Shown here in pieces: positions 41,201 to 52,150 of a DNA stretch of 63,883 bases (positions within the stretch are counted from its first letter, which is position 1; each line of letters begins with the position of its first letter). Source of the stretch: Leucoraja erinacea (lineage: Eukaryota); assembly GCF_028641065.1 (NCBI RefSeq), contig NC_073410.1, positions 496,001 through 559,883 of the forward strand. The letters are read 5' to 3'. A model generated the notes under the pieces. That model had not been told where the DNA came from. It saw nothing but the letters and a program-made list of their open reading frames with translations, and made no database searches. Made by a program: the position numbers and the translations under genes.

Positions 41201-44200
41201 CATTTCACTTTTCATCTGAAGGTCCTTGTTCTTCCAACCCACCAAACAGAGTGAACAATGAGTGGACCTTGCTGCGAAACACCAGTCCCTTCCCCATAGG
41301 TATCATAAAGCTAGGGACACCTGCGGAATCAGAGTCCTGATCTTGCTGCCATCAATTATACCAGCTGTGTCCCAGACCAGTCCAGTCCAGTGGCAATGCA
41401 CAAACCCACTACAGAGACACAATATTTATCCTGGGACAGCTGCACAAAGAAACAATGCCAGGAATAGCCACCATACACTTACATACAGAGGGACTGCTGT
41501 GAGAATAAAGAGTTAGAACATAGAACAGTACAGCACAAGAACAGGCCCTTCATCTCACAATATCTGATTCAATAGAGTCAAACATGGAGCCAAGTTACTC
41601 TCTGCATGTTATATGTCAATGCAAAAGCCTCTTAAATACCACAATTGTAACTGCATCCACTACCAATCTGGCTACCAACGTTCCAGGCACCCGCCACTCT
41701 GTGTAAAAAATATACTTGCCCCACATAAATCCTTAAACTTAGTCCTTCTCATCTTAAAATTATGCCCTCTTGTCTTTCACATTTCCACCTTGGGAAAAAT
41801 GCTCTGACTGTCTATTGTATCTATGCCTCTCACAATTTTATATACCATTAAATATTAGGGGAAAAGTATTAGTTTATTTACATTTTCTTAATTAGCTGAG
41901 TTTAGTTAAATGTTTTTTTTAATTGCTTTAATTTAAATTAATTTAAAGATTATTCTTGAAAGCTATTGGAAAGCTAAAGAAATAAATTCTCGTTAATTAC
42001 TTCTGACTGCACTCATTCTTCTTGCCAGGGTTTTAGTTTACAGCCAGCAAAGAAAGCACTGGGGGTGAGGCTTAGCTGGCCATGGAGGTTGTCCTCAGCT
42101 GTTTGCTGAGTGTTTCTTGTTGTGGCATTGCAACTCTCTGTGGCAGGGCCTTGTGCATCAGGGAGCAAACTGACAGGCTGTTCTGGAAAATCAAACTTTG
42201 TACTCGTCTCATCAAACTCGTTATATGGATCTGTGCAAGCCGATTCCACAAATATTTGCCTGAGTAAATAACTTAAATGGAATTACAATTGAATATATTT
42301 TAAAACAGTTTGGTCAAAGGTGTGTGTAAAATCATCATTCTGAAATTTAACAATAACCATAAATCAGTTAGTATAGCATATTGATATTTTTATTGCATGA
42401 TTCTGGTGAAGGAAGATTTGAACAGATATTTGCTTACAATTATATAAGCACTTATCCACAACTGATTTAGATAGTTTTGTTATAGGCAGTAATTTTTATT
42501 GCATCCTTGCAGATAAAACTCCAGGTTATTTTGGCTACAGCAGAAGACTCATGACCCAACACATTGTGCCAAATAGCATTTGATCAGAGTCTACACTGCT
42601 GCTACTTCTCCAGGACAGGCGCTTCACTGGAGATGTTTTCCAAAGGAAGGCCAGGTCAGTTTAAACCTCTCCACTTAAGCAATGCTGAACAGCTCTCTTC
42701 AGGGCAGCTTTAAAACAGGTCTGGGAACAGATCACTTCCATGCTACCATCATTGGTCAGAAAAAAGTAGGCAAAAATGGCAAAGCCCCAAGGGCAAGATG
42801 CAATAATAGTGAAACAGGACATGAAAATACTTCATCTTATCTTGCTCTACAATTTTTATATTTTAAACTTTCCTGTCATTATAAAAAAATTGTTTATCTA
42901 TATGCTGTGTTTAATGCAGCAAAATATCTCCATCAAATATTCACGGAATATCTTGATCGCTGTTAGACTAGAATCAAACTTCTACAACCTACAATGTCAA
43001 TAAACTGGTTACCAAGTCCGTGAGAATTTGGTCATCGATTCTAATCTTCAACTGTTCATTATACTCAGCTCAAGCACTGCATCTATTTATTTTGTTTTAT
43101 TACTGTTTAATCTCAGCTATTTCTTTTCAATATATGGGTTCCCTGCCCCTTGTTCTTCAAACTTCAAAGTTCTACCATTCACCGACAAATCCCCTCAGAC
43201 TCCCTACTGTTAAGTCCAATGGACATTTTACTTCATTAAATTTGGATTAAAGTGAATCAGAAAATTAATTTCACTTCTGGCAAAGTCCATGGTAACTTAC
43301 TACACATGCAGGCAGAGCTTATTGAAATTTCAGTGTCAAAACTAGAGAATGAGGGAACAATTTCTTGAAGTAGTCTAGGCAATAACAGGCACATTGAACA
43401 ACTACAGTGTTTCTTCTCCAGTTATATATAAATGTTAACAGTGATTTGTCATAAAAAGTCATATTTTATTGTGAACACAGTATAAAATGGCATCAGGTCG
43501 CAATCAGGTGGATTCTAACCCTCTAAACATGGGGACGTTCATCAAGATTCAAACACATTCATCAAACATTCCAAGTACGCAAGAAACCCTTTTAGAAATA
43601 CATCAGCGTTACAGAAAGCTTTATTGAAAGCTTGTAAAAGAAACTAAAAATATACTTTAAAACTCAGTACCTCCTTATCTTCTGTAAATTTTGATAACAG
43701 ATAAACCAATGGATCCACATTCCGAATATTTTTTGATTTCAGCTCATCATATTTCCTTAGAAATTCCTCAGGCGTTCTGGAGAACTCAGTGATTTTCACC
43801 TGGTAAATATAACAAATTACATTTTAGCATTTATTCAGTGAATACAAAGCTGTATACTCTGCTCACTCTTCCTCCATTTCCACAGCCTTCTCTGAAAACA
43901 CTATAGACACCGGCCTTTGCTGAAAACATCAGCATCTCACTGTCCCCAGAGGTATCCAACTCCACTCTGCAGGACTACATGTTCAAATAACGCTTCGTTA
44001 CCCATCATAGAATTAGGAATTATACAAAATTCTGGAGTAACTCAACACGTCAGGCAGCAATTATGGAGGACATGAATAGGTGACATTTTGGTGTAAGAGT
44101 CGGTCAAGAGTGCTTTATTGTCATATGTCTCAGATAGAACAATGAAATTCTTACTTGAAGCAGCACAACAGAATATGTCAACATAGTACACTGTAAATAT

Positions 44201-45445
44201 ATTAAACAAGGAAAAGGTTGTGTGTGTATATAGAAACATAGAAAATAGGTGCAGGAGTAGGCCATTCGGCCCTTCGAGCCTGCACCGCCATTCAATATGT
44301 TCATGGCTGATTATCCAACTCAGTATCCTGTACCTGCCTTCTCTCCATACCCCCTGATCCCTTTAGCCACAAATGCCACATCTTACTCCCTCTGAAATAT
44401 AGCCAATGAACTGGCCTCAACTACATTCTGTGGCAGAGAATTCCAGAGATTCACCACTCCCTGTGTGAAAAATGTTTTTCTCATCTCGGTCCTAAAAGAT
44501 TTCCCCCTTATCCTTAAACTGTGACCCCTTGTTCTGGACTTCCCCAACATCGGGAACAATTTTCCTGCATCTAGCCTGTCCAACCCCTTAAGAATTTTGT
44601 ACGTTTCTATAAGATCCCCCCTCAATCTTCTAAATTCTAGCGAGTACAAGCCGAGTCTATTCAGTCTTTCTTCATATGAAAGTCCTGACATCCCAGGAAT
44701 CAGTGTGGTGAACCTTCTCTGTACTCCCTCTATGGCAAGAATGTCCTTCCTCAGATTAGGAGACCAAAACTGTACGCAATGCTGCAGGTGTGGTCTCACC
44801 AAGAACCCTGTACAACTGCAGTAGAACCTCCCTGCTCCTATACTCAAATCCTTTTACTATGAATGCTAACATACCATTCGCTTTCTTCACTGCCTGCTGC
44901 ACATGCATGCCTACTTTCAATGACTGGTGTACCATGACACCCAGGTCTTGTTGCATCTCCCCTTTTCCTACTCGGCCACCATTCAGATAATAGTCTACTT
45001 TCCTGTTTTTGCCACCAAAGTGGATAACCTCACATTTATATCACACACACACAGATGACCAGTTGACCCATCACCTTTACATGCTTTGAAAAACATTTCC
45101 ATTTTATTCAATTTTATTTCCCCCTTCAGCTCTAGATTTATTTCCCCTTCATCTAATTGTTAAAATTTATGATTGAATCTGTTTTTGTTCAATTTTAGGC
45201 TGTGCATTCCAGTCTTTAACTGTAACGTATTTTAAATAAAGCAGGTTTATTATGAGAAAGAATGGGCATGCCAGGATACATGCGGGCTGCATTACCTTCG
45301 CACTGTGGGAAGATACAGTGGTTGTGACATATGGAGTTCTATTTTTTTGGAGGAGATCAATGTACACTTCAGCTCCATCACCACCACGGACTCGAAGCAA
45401 ACTGAGCAGCTCGTTAACATCGTGATGGATTCGGAATTCACTCAT
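20166..45445 (-). CDS. TUBGCP2: Gamma-tubulin complex component 2 (GCP2), complete, 17 coding exons, 2694 nt / 897 aa
   Basis: Starts MSEFRIHHDVNELLSLLRV and ends RLDFNGFYTERLE...PAQ*. All 17 exons have GT-AG boundaries and join in frame. Confidence 0.97.
21907..22070 (-). CDS. TUBGCP2: TUBGCP2 coding exon 16
   Basis: FAAEHIEAL...GFEGTINTFDNNFS...DCEHSMINIIYR. Confidence 0.94.
22575..23103. repeat. Compound repeat [gcaggaacgttacca + (CA)n], about 17 units
   Basis: Direct reading; ends about 12 bp from a TUBGCP2 donor site. Confidence 0.95.
23116..23244 (-). CDS. TUBGCP2: TUBGCP2 coding exon 15
   Basis: KFTQSIKIDSEMMRLTLEHGTMKGPPTQSERSEE. Confidence 0.9.
23480..24310 (-). mobile_element. 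Old CR1 LINE 3' fragment
   Basis: LFSLEHQRLQEDL...SNTRGHLFK...FAQRAVGAWNIL. Confidence 0.75.
24624..24767 (-). CDS. TUBGCP2: TUBGCP2 coding exon 14
   Basis: ASNIDEVLSYHTSFLDNCMKDCMLTN. Confidence 0.96.
26050..26170 (-). CDS. TUBGCP2: TUBGCP2 coding exon 13
   Basis: FAAAFTLRQRMLNFVQNIQYYMMFEVMEPNW. Confidence 0.96.
26468..26885 (+). mobile_element. Old CR1 LINE 3' fragment
   Basis: gggtgcagagaagatttacgagg...gatcttatagaggtgtat pattern of CR1 ORF2 tail. Confidence 0.65.
27859..27987 (-). CDS. TUBGCP2: TUBGCP2 coding exon 12
   Basis: KALTRYQMLFRHMFYCKHVDRQLCNVWISN. Confidence 0.96.
30508..30680 (-). CDS. TUBGCP2: TUBGCP2 coding exon 11
   Basis: INLMPHDLITQLLRVLAIET...VKWPLSLILNR. Confidence 0.96.
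31931..32111 (-). CDS. TUBGCP2: TUBGCP2 coding exon 10
   Basis: SIKHYFLMDRGDFFVHFMDL...DPFKDDLK. Confidence 0.96.
34492..34672 (-). CDS. TUBGCP2: TUBGCP2 coding exon 9
   Basis: GKYLNVVRECGRDVTCP. Confidence 0.96.
35480..35625 (-). CDS. TUBGCP2: TUBGCP2 coding exon 8
   Basis: EFMVEEHELKKEKIQEDYNDKYWDERYTI...KILST. Confidence 0.96.
35685..36220 (-). mobile_element. Old CR1 LINE 3' fragment
   Basis: Similar to 17590-18130. Confidence 0.65.
36466..36655 (-). CDS. TUBGCP2: TUBGCP2 coding exon 7
   Basis: TSVEKGECMGGSTLSVLHDR...ILEKWIYRGIIQDPY. Confidence 0.96.
36973..37172 (-). CDS. TUBGCP2: TUBGCP2 coding exon 6
   Basis: FIEDKSSFEHGQVNHALAAAMRTLVKEY...LSLQKLWFY. Confidence 0.96.
37950..38410 (-). 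mobile_element. Degenerate Penelope-like 3' fragment (GIY-YIG tail plus terminal repeat)
   Basis: Translates to [19 protein letters not shown]...EAQHLIFCSGSLLPSSMNIDFSNF, followed by the same terminal repeat. Confidence 0.8.
38620..38827 (-). CDS. TUBGCP2: TUBGCP2 coding exon 5
   Basis: TLPLATQEQMIVEDLLYVLIGVDGRYI...VTR. Confidence 0.96.
39219..39617. repeat. 66-bp tandem repeat, about 6 copies
   Basis: Same unit, period 66. Confidence 0.9.
40385..40544 (-). CDS. TUBGCP2: TUBGCP2 coding exon 4
   Basis: PLEVVRKLLRDKHNRKNPGQIIPHFPSWVYTRPALLGDF. Confidence 0.93.
40876..41052 (-). CDS. TUBGCP2: TUBGCP2 coding exon 3
   Basis: TLQYLQQNAKDRAE...SLQELEELRKQL. Confidence 0.92.
43671..43799 (-). 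CDS. TUBGCP2: TUBGCP2 coding exon 2
   Basis: VKITEFSRTPEEFLRKYDELKSKNIRNVDPLVYLLSK. Confidence 0.95.
44230..45039 (-). mobile_element. CR1-clade LINE 3' fragment, near-identical to 7044-7871
   Basis: Same ORF2 C-terminal translation and tail. Confidence 0.9.
45296..45445 (-). CDS. TUBGCP2: TUBGCP2 first coding exon
   Basis: MSEFRIHHDVNELLSLLRVRGGDGAEVYIDLLQKNRTPYVTT; acceptor at 45455. Confidence 0.97.
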
Positions 45446-47370
45446 GATTATTTCCTGTAAATGAAAAGCTGTAAATCTGCTGAAAATCTGAGGTAAAGTT
45501 AAAATAATGTCAATCACAACAATATAATCACACCTTTCAACATATCTAAGTCCACTATCCAGCAGCCCAGTCATCATGAGGATGATATGTTGCCTAAAAA
45601 AAATCTTGTCTAAACTTAAACAAACCTAGGAGTGGCAGATAGACTCAAAATGCTGGAGTAACTTAGTGGGACAGGCAGCATCTCTGGATAGAAGGAATAG
45701 ATGACCATTCCTTCTTTCCAGAGATGCTGCCTGTCCCACTGAGTTACTTCAGCATTTTGTGTCTATCTTCGGTGTAAACCTGCATCTAATAGTTATGGAA
45801 AGAACTATAAAAGTGGTAATTGTGACCAATGATTTAAATAAATTGTACTTCTCCAAACTTTTAATTCCAAATTGGCAGTTTAAGTAAAGGTCAATTTTCC
45901 TTCAACATATTATATGGATATTTCTAGATGGGTGAATCAAAAGACAATCGAAAAGTGAACAACTTATGTAGAGCTTTTCTCATAAATCTATGACATGAAA
46001 CTAAACCAAACCTAATCGTAACACATGAAAAACATCTATAGATGTAGGAAGTGCTAGAAACATTCAAGAGCTCAGGCAGCACAGGATTAAAATACTGAAA
46101 TATGTTCACTGAGCCGAAACTGAAGAATCCCAATTCATTTGAACTTATTTAATAGGAACATATGCTGGATATTGCCTTTATGCAGACATTGGCTTAATGA
46201 CCAGTACACGTTGTAGGGAAATATACCACTTCCCAACTATTCAATGAAAATTTTATTTTGTAACTACAAGAAGATCCAACTCCTATAGTCCACATTTAAA
46301 CAGCTTAACTATGCAATTAACCATCATGGCTTATAATTAATATTACTCCCATTAGAATTTTGTAGGACATGCAATTCAATTGGACTTCACTTTTGTCTTT
46401 ATCATTTATAGTACAAATTATTTGCACTAACATACAGAATTGTTTCTAAATATTCTAACTTTAACCTATTAAAATATATGCAACACATAAAAGGGACATT
46501 GTTGTTAAGGGTACACCGATGCAAGTTCCATATTTTTGATTTATTCCAAATGAATCCTGAGTTATGTTCACAGTGAGACACAAGGGGACAAGGGTGCACA
46601 ATTGCAGATGTTGGTTTACAAAAAAAGGCACAAAGTGTTGGGATAACTCAGCAGGACAGCCAACATCTCTCCAGTTTACCACATCCTCCAAAGATGCTGC
46701 CTGACCCACCAAATTACTCCAGCACTTTGTCTTTTTCCATGTTATGTTCACCTCAGTGTACCAATCCGAGTAGTTTGTAATGCAAAAAAATATATTATAA
46801 ATTTTAGTAGAAACATAGAACTGCAGATGCTGGTGAATATACACAAGGCACAAAGTGCTGGAGTAATGAGTGCATGTCTCGCCAGGTGGAGGGTTGTAGA
46901 GGGAAATTGATTGGGTCTCTGTTAGTGGATGAAAAGGAGGGCTTTGAGACCTTCCTGGTGGGGGTCTGTTGGAGGAAGCGACACTACATCAGCAGGGAAC
47001 AAAATAGATATTTATTCAAACGCTGGGAGCAGATTGTTTTCAAGTTCTAGTTCAGCCTCATCCCTCCTCCCCACCCCACCCCACCCCAGAGTGTCACTGA
47101 TCTCCAGGACCTGCTCCCCTCTCACTGTTACTGACGGGGCTCAAGCGTTTTACTGTCATGTTCACCGGGACCGTGACATTCACGCAACAACAACGTTATA
47201 CAACACGCGTGTGTTTACACCGGCGCCCGGAGTGTGGGCGCCCATTGGCCGTGAGCCCGAGGCCGCTGTAAACGCTCCCTCTCCCCGGGGCGAGGAGCTA
47301 CCCGGGCGGGGAGAGGGAGAGGGCCCGGGCCCGCGGTGCCAGCAGCTCCTCCCGCAGGGGGTGTATTTAC

Positions 47371-47460
47371 CGGCCGCTCAGGGCAGGGCCCGACGTCTCC
47401 TGTCTCCTCTCCCCTTTATCCCGCTCGACGCCGCCGCCGCTTCCGTCGAGGCCAAAACAA
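47371..47460 (-). other. TUBGCP2: Probable non-coding exon 1 of TUBGCP2 (5' end approximate)
   Basis: CCG|GTAAAT donor on the - strand inside the CpG island. The first coding exon has an acceptor only 9 nt before the ATG, so an upstream exon is required. Confidence 0.55.
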
Positions 47461-47623
47461 ACGGAGCTCCGCCCCGCAGCCACTCGGCGCGTCCTGTTCC
47501 GTCCCCCGGAAAGCACGGGCTCCCTCATTGGGTTCCGCCTCGCTTCCGGGACAGAGGGGCCACCGGCGGGCGGGAGGGAGGAAGGGAACACCGCGCGGGG
47601 AGACCGGACCGGTTCCCGGAGAG

Positions 47624-48105
47624 ACGGTTGCCAGGGGGACAGTTGCTGGGTGTTGGGGGGCGTTGCCAGGGGGACAGTTGCTGGGGGGACGGGTTGCCAG
47701 GGGGACAGTTGCTGGGGGGGGGGGACGGTTGCCAGGGGGACAGTTGCTGGGGGGGGGGGCGTTGCCAGGGGGAACAGTTGCTGGGGGGGACCGGTTGCCA
47801 GGGGGGACGTTTGCTGCGGGGGGGGGGGGGGGGCGTTGCTAGGGGGGACGGTTGCCAGGGGACAGTTGCTGGGGGGGACCGGGGACCGGTTGTCAGGGGG
47901 ACGGTTGCTGGGGGGGACCGGTTGTCTAGGGGGGGGACGTTGCCAGGGGGGGGGACCGGTTGCTAGGGGGGACCGGTTGCTGGTTTTGCCAGGGGGGACG
48001 GGGGGGGGGGGGGACAGTTGCTGGGGGGGACCGGTTGCCAGGGGGGACGGTTGCTGGGGGGGACCGGTTGCCAGGGGGGGCGGTTTGCTGCGGGGGGGGG
48101 GGGGG
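47624..48105. repeat. G-rich minisatellite (ggttgccagggggacagttgctggggg variants)
   Basis: More than 20 GTTGC(C/T)-G-run units. Confidence 0.9.
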
Positions 48106-48106
48106 G

Positions 48107-51100
48107 ATGCGGAACGCGGGCGATGGCGATGTGGCGATGTTGATGTTGATGTTGATGGCGGCCCGGCCACGGCGCCCTTCACCTTCACCTCCACCTCCAG
48201 CAGCATCTTCCTGCTCAGGGACGACCCGTTCTTCGAGGTGGGTCCCGGTGCCGGTGCCGGTCTCTGTATTGGGGGGGGGGCGGCATCCTCGGGCCTCGGG
48301 CCCTGTCAGCGGGCGGCGCCCGGTAGAGTTGCTGCCTCTCACGGCCGGACACCCACCCGGGTTCCGTCCTGATCTCTGTGCTGTCTGTACGGAGTTTGCA
48401 TCTTCTCCCCGTGACCGCGTGGGTTTCCTCTGGCCGGGTGCTCCGCTTTCCAGAGAGTTAAATGTTTCTTTGTCACGTGCACCGAAAATGAATGATGATA
48501 TTCTAGTTTGCTGAACTCTGCTATTAGCAACCCAAAGTTTCACTTTTTATTCTTATGTTGCTTTAGGATGGGGACATTCATAGGCATTTGTATCTGCGAA
48601 ATGCCACATCTGGTGCTGGAGAGATGGAAAGACCCAAGTGAGACCAAATATATTGAAATAAAACTCTTTGACATTCTATTTCTTTAATCTACTGAAGCAC
48701 TAACTTGTGTATATCCATTTCAGGGTCTCTGAATTTTGTTGCCACATAGCAGGGTGCAGCCAACTGTTTGACACCCTAGAGAACTATGAGCACCATTACA
48801 ATGCCTTCCACCGTAATGTCTGCAGCTCCTGCAAACGCTCCTTTCCATCCACTCACCTGCTTGATATTCACATCTTGGAATGGCATGACTCACTCTTCCA
48901 AATAATGGCAGCAAAACAGAGCATGGTAAGTTGGGGTAGAGTCCCAGAATGGTTATGTTACTGTACTCCGATCCAGAGGTACGTTCAAATCTCCCCGTAG
49001 GCGATTAGTTTAGTTTATTGACATGTGTTCAAAGGTACAGTAAAACCTTTATTATTGCGCGCTATCTGGTCAATGGAAGACTATACATGATTACGATCAA
49101 ACCATCAACAGTGTATAGTTACAGGATAAAGGGAATATGTTTAGTGTAAGGTAAAGCCCAATTAAAGATAGTCTGAGGGTCTCCAGTGAGGTAGATGGAG
49201 GGCCAGGACCACTCTCTTGGTGATAAGATGGTTCAGTTGCTTGATAACAGGTGGGAAGAAACTGTCCCTGAATCTGGAGGTGTGTTCTTTCACACTTCTG
49301 TACCTCATGTCTGATGGGAGAGGGGAGAAGAGGAAGTATAATTAAATTATTCTGAACTTAAAGAAGCTGGTCTCAGTAATGGTGCCCCCCGAAACACTGG
49401 ATTGTTACTAGAAATCTATCTGGATCACCAATGTCCTTCAACTGAATGAAATATGTCATCCGTATCAGGTCTGGCCTGCATCCTTTGCTGTGTCGGCTCC
49501 GAGATTGTGGAATGAATTGCCTCTGCACGTTAAACAGGCCCCTTCTCTAGCTGTTTTTAAGTCACTCCTGAAGACATATCTATTCTCCATGGCCTTTGTA
49601 GACCAGTGAGGTGTTGAATTGTTTATTAACTTTATTTGCTTGGTTTTGCGTTGTTTGTACTCGTGTTTTATGTTTTTTAATTTATTGTTTGGATTTTTGT
49701 ATGTAATTTATGCGCCTCGTGTTAGTTGTATGTTCTGTTGTTCTGCCTGTTTTATGATGTCTTGCTTGTTTTCTTTTTTCTGTACAGCACTTTGGTCAGC
49801 TTTGGTTGTTTTTAAGGTGCTTAACAAATAAAGTTATTATTATTATTATGTGTCTCAGACCCACCAATGATGCCGAGGTACAAGTGCCTCTTCAGGTTCG
49901 GGACAGATGGACTCAGAAATCCAGAGTGATCTAGAAACATTATGTCCTGCATGTAAAGATCCATGAAGATTGTTGACATTGTGTGTACTGATCACCCTCC
50001 CTGGAGGAGCTCTCGGTGGTTTTTCAGGGCATATTGAACAGACCACCTGTTGAAGTTTGTGAGATTTGTTTGGAGACTCTGAAGTGGATAAGTACTCCTT
50101 CACCATTCTGGGATGTGATTGATAGGCCACTCGGGGAGAGTACCACATGTGTTTCTAAAATATGTCCATTAATACCATTATGCTGGTACAATTACACAAC
50201 ATTTGTTTTTGTAACCCAAGCACTTTGTATTTTGTCTTTTAGTATCAGTGTTTGATAGAGAGTTGTACCGAAAAATTCAAGACTTTCAGTGATCGCAAAA
50301 AACATTTGGTCAAAGTTCATGGTTATCCATCTGACTTTAGGTTTGACAAACCAAAGAAACTTACACGGTAAGGAAACCGTTTCCTGCAACATTTTGCTTA
50401 ACTCTCAGGGTGATAAATTGAGCAAAATATATGACTCAAAAATGCCAGGGCCATTAGTCAACTTTCTATATTATTCCTTTCATATTTACATCAAGGATCG
50501 AAGATTTCAACCATTTCCACTTTGAGACCACTGATGCTGATTGGGGCATGTACTTCACTATGCTTCCTGAAGTCATTTACATTGAGGAAGGGGTTGTTGA
50601 CCTGACACCATGTTATTAAGTTTTCTATCTCCTTCCTGTACTCTGTAGCTTCCATGGCTTCAAGCTCTAGAAAACCTTTCCATGCCTTCTTTTCCCTTCT
50701 CTCCTTAAAAGATTTTGCCATAATATCTCCATCTCGGAGTTGGCATCCAGTTTTCGATCAATAACATTCTTGTGATGCACCATGAATTGCTTTTTCAAGC
50801 TTGAATCCAACTTCCACCTACTTAAAATTAGTGCAAATAAAATTGAACTTCAAATTTCAAAACCTTCAATTTATTTGGTGCCTGTTTAAAATAAGTGTTA
50901 TGTTCTTCCATCTCGCCCACAGCCATCAGAAGAATCAGGACAGGAGTCCTCATGATATGGAAGTGGAAGCAACTGTTTGTCAAAAAGAAACAAAAGACAT
51001 ATTTTGCAGAACAACCATAGAACAACCAATGGACCAAGAGTCAGGAGAAACAATGGAAGCTGAGAATCCAGCTGTACTAGAGAGATCCAGTATTACCACA

Positions 51101-52150
51101 GTACCACAACGACTCTCCAGCTCATGCAGGTGATGTACTTCTAACAACCATCCTTCATGTGCCAAGGAATAGGAATGGTATTGTGAGCAATCAATGCGCA
51201 CAGCTTCACAAGAAAATAATTCACAAAGAGCGAAAAGTAGTGAACAGCTGTCTTGGTGAGGTTAATTCATTGATAATATAGTCCACGAGGCGGGATATGA
51301 CTCCCCTGATCAGTTTCAGAATTGTATGTGTTCCTGGGGGAAGCAGAGATGTTTGGGAGTAACATTTGTTTGGGTGTAACTTTGGGTATAAAGTCATGGA
51401 GATTGTATGAGGTGTGGGGGGGGGGGGGAGCCCATGAGGATTCTGGAGCTTGCTGAACCATTCAATGTACACTCCAATCAAGTGTGTAATTGTCATATGT
51501 ACCGAGAGCAGAACAATTACATTCTTACTTACAGCATTATAACAGCTTGTAAACACAATACACATAGATAATATATTATAAACAAAAGTTCAATAAATTA
51601 ACAGCTCCAATTCTGGTGCAATAAAAAAATCCTGAAGCTGCCTGTGAACCAACGTCAGCCCATAGTTCATACTTGAGATTGATATTGTGTAGAGTTCAAG
51701 AGCCTAATGGTTGTTGGGAAGAAGCTATTGAACCTGATGGTCATGGTTTTCAGCACCCTGTACCTTCTTCACAATGGAACAAATGAAATGAGAGTGTGGC
51801 CAGGGTGGTGTGGGCCTTTAATGATGCTTGCTGCCTTTTTGAGACATCTGCCTCCATTTTCCTCAACAGCTCTCCCATAGGCAATTGGAACAATTCACAA
51901 ATCTTTGGGGAAAACCTCTATCTCAACCCCCTTATCCCGACACTGTTGCCCCATATTTTACCCCAGGCTATTTCACCATCACCACTCCTCTGATTCAGAT
52001 CATTAGATCAGCATTGAGTGTGAGTGAAGCTTGATTGTGTCGTATCTCTGTAGCTCAACACTCTCTGCGTTTCTTTACAGGGTGCCAGCTACAATTTGTT
52101 TTGGTCATGGATCAATCCGTGGCTTTAAGAACACAAGGAGAAAGAAGTGA
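48107..52150 (+). CDS. ZNF511: Zinc finger protein 511 (start codon uncertain)
   Basis: Exons ~48107-48237, 48567-48637, 48724-48925, 50243-50367, 50923-51129, 52081-52150. Motifs FFEDGDIHRHLYL, CHIAGCSQLFDTLENYEHHY, HILEWHDSLFQ, YQCLIESCTEKFKT, DFRFDKPKK and VPATICFGHG match human ZNF511. Confidence 0.93.
48315..48450 (+). mobile_element. tRNA-head SINE fragment in ZNF511 intron 1
   Basis: cggtagagttgctgcctc...gggttccgtcctga...gtgctgtctgtacggagtttgca. Confidence 0.65.
48567..48637 (+). CDS. ZNF511: ZNF511 exon 2
   Basis: DGDIHRHLYLRNATSGAGEMERP; ttag/GTGAG boundaries. Confidence 0.9.
48724..48925 (+). CDS. ZNF511: ZNF511 exon 3 (two C2H2 fingers)
   Basis: CHIAGC...HYNAFH, CSSCKRSFPSTHLLDIHILEWH. 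Confidence 0.96.
49484..49850 (+). mobile_element. L2-clade LINE 3' end with (TTA)n tail
   Basis: FAVSAPRLWNELPLHVKQAPSLAVFKSLLKTYLF; tgtacagcactttggtc...aataaagttattattatt. Confidence 0.7.
50243..50367 (+). CDS. ZNF511: ZNF511 exon 4 (third C2H2 finger)
   Basis: YQCLIESCTEKFKTFSDRKKHLVKVHGYPSDFRFDKPKK. Confidence 0.95.
50923..51129 (+). CDS. ZNF511: ZNF511 exon 5 (acidic linker)
   Basis: cccacag acceptor, GTGAT donor, phase 2/2 bridging exons 4 and 6. Confidence 0.8.
52081..52150 (+). CDS. ZNF511: ZNF511 last exon
   Basis: VPATICFGHGSIRGFKNTRRKK*; AATAAA at 52341-52346. Confidence 0.93.

Larger units (their letters stand above)
47200..48330. promoter_or_regulatory. CpG-island bidirectional promoter shared by TUBGCP2 (-) and ZNF511 (+)
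   Basis: High GC/CpG, head-to-head genes, ATTGG boxes (~47244, ~47527), ETS-like CTTCCG/CCGGAA motifs (~47440, ~47496, ~47543). Confidence 0.75.

Noticed and set aside
46929-48543. Overlapping 168-345 aa Gly/Pro-rich ORFs
   Set aside because: Stop-poor CpG island and G-rich VNTR; only the segment ending at 48237 matches ZNF511
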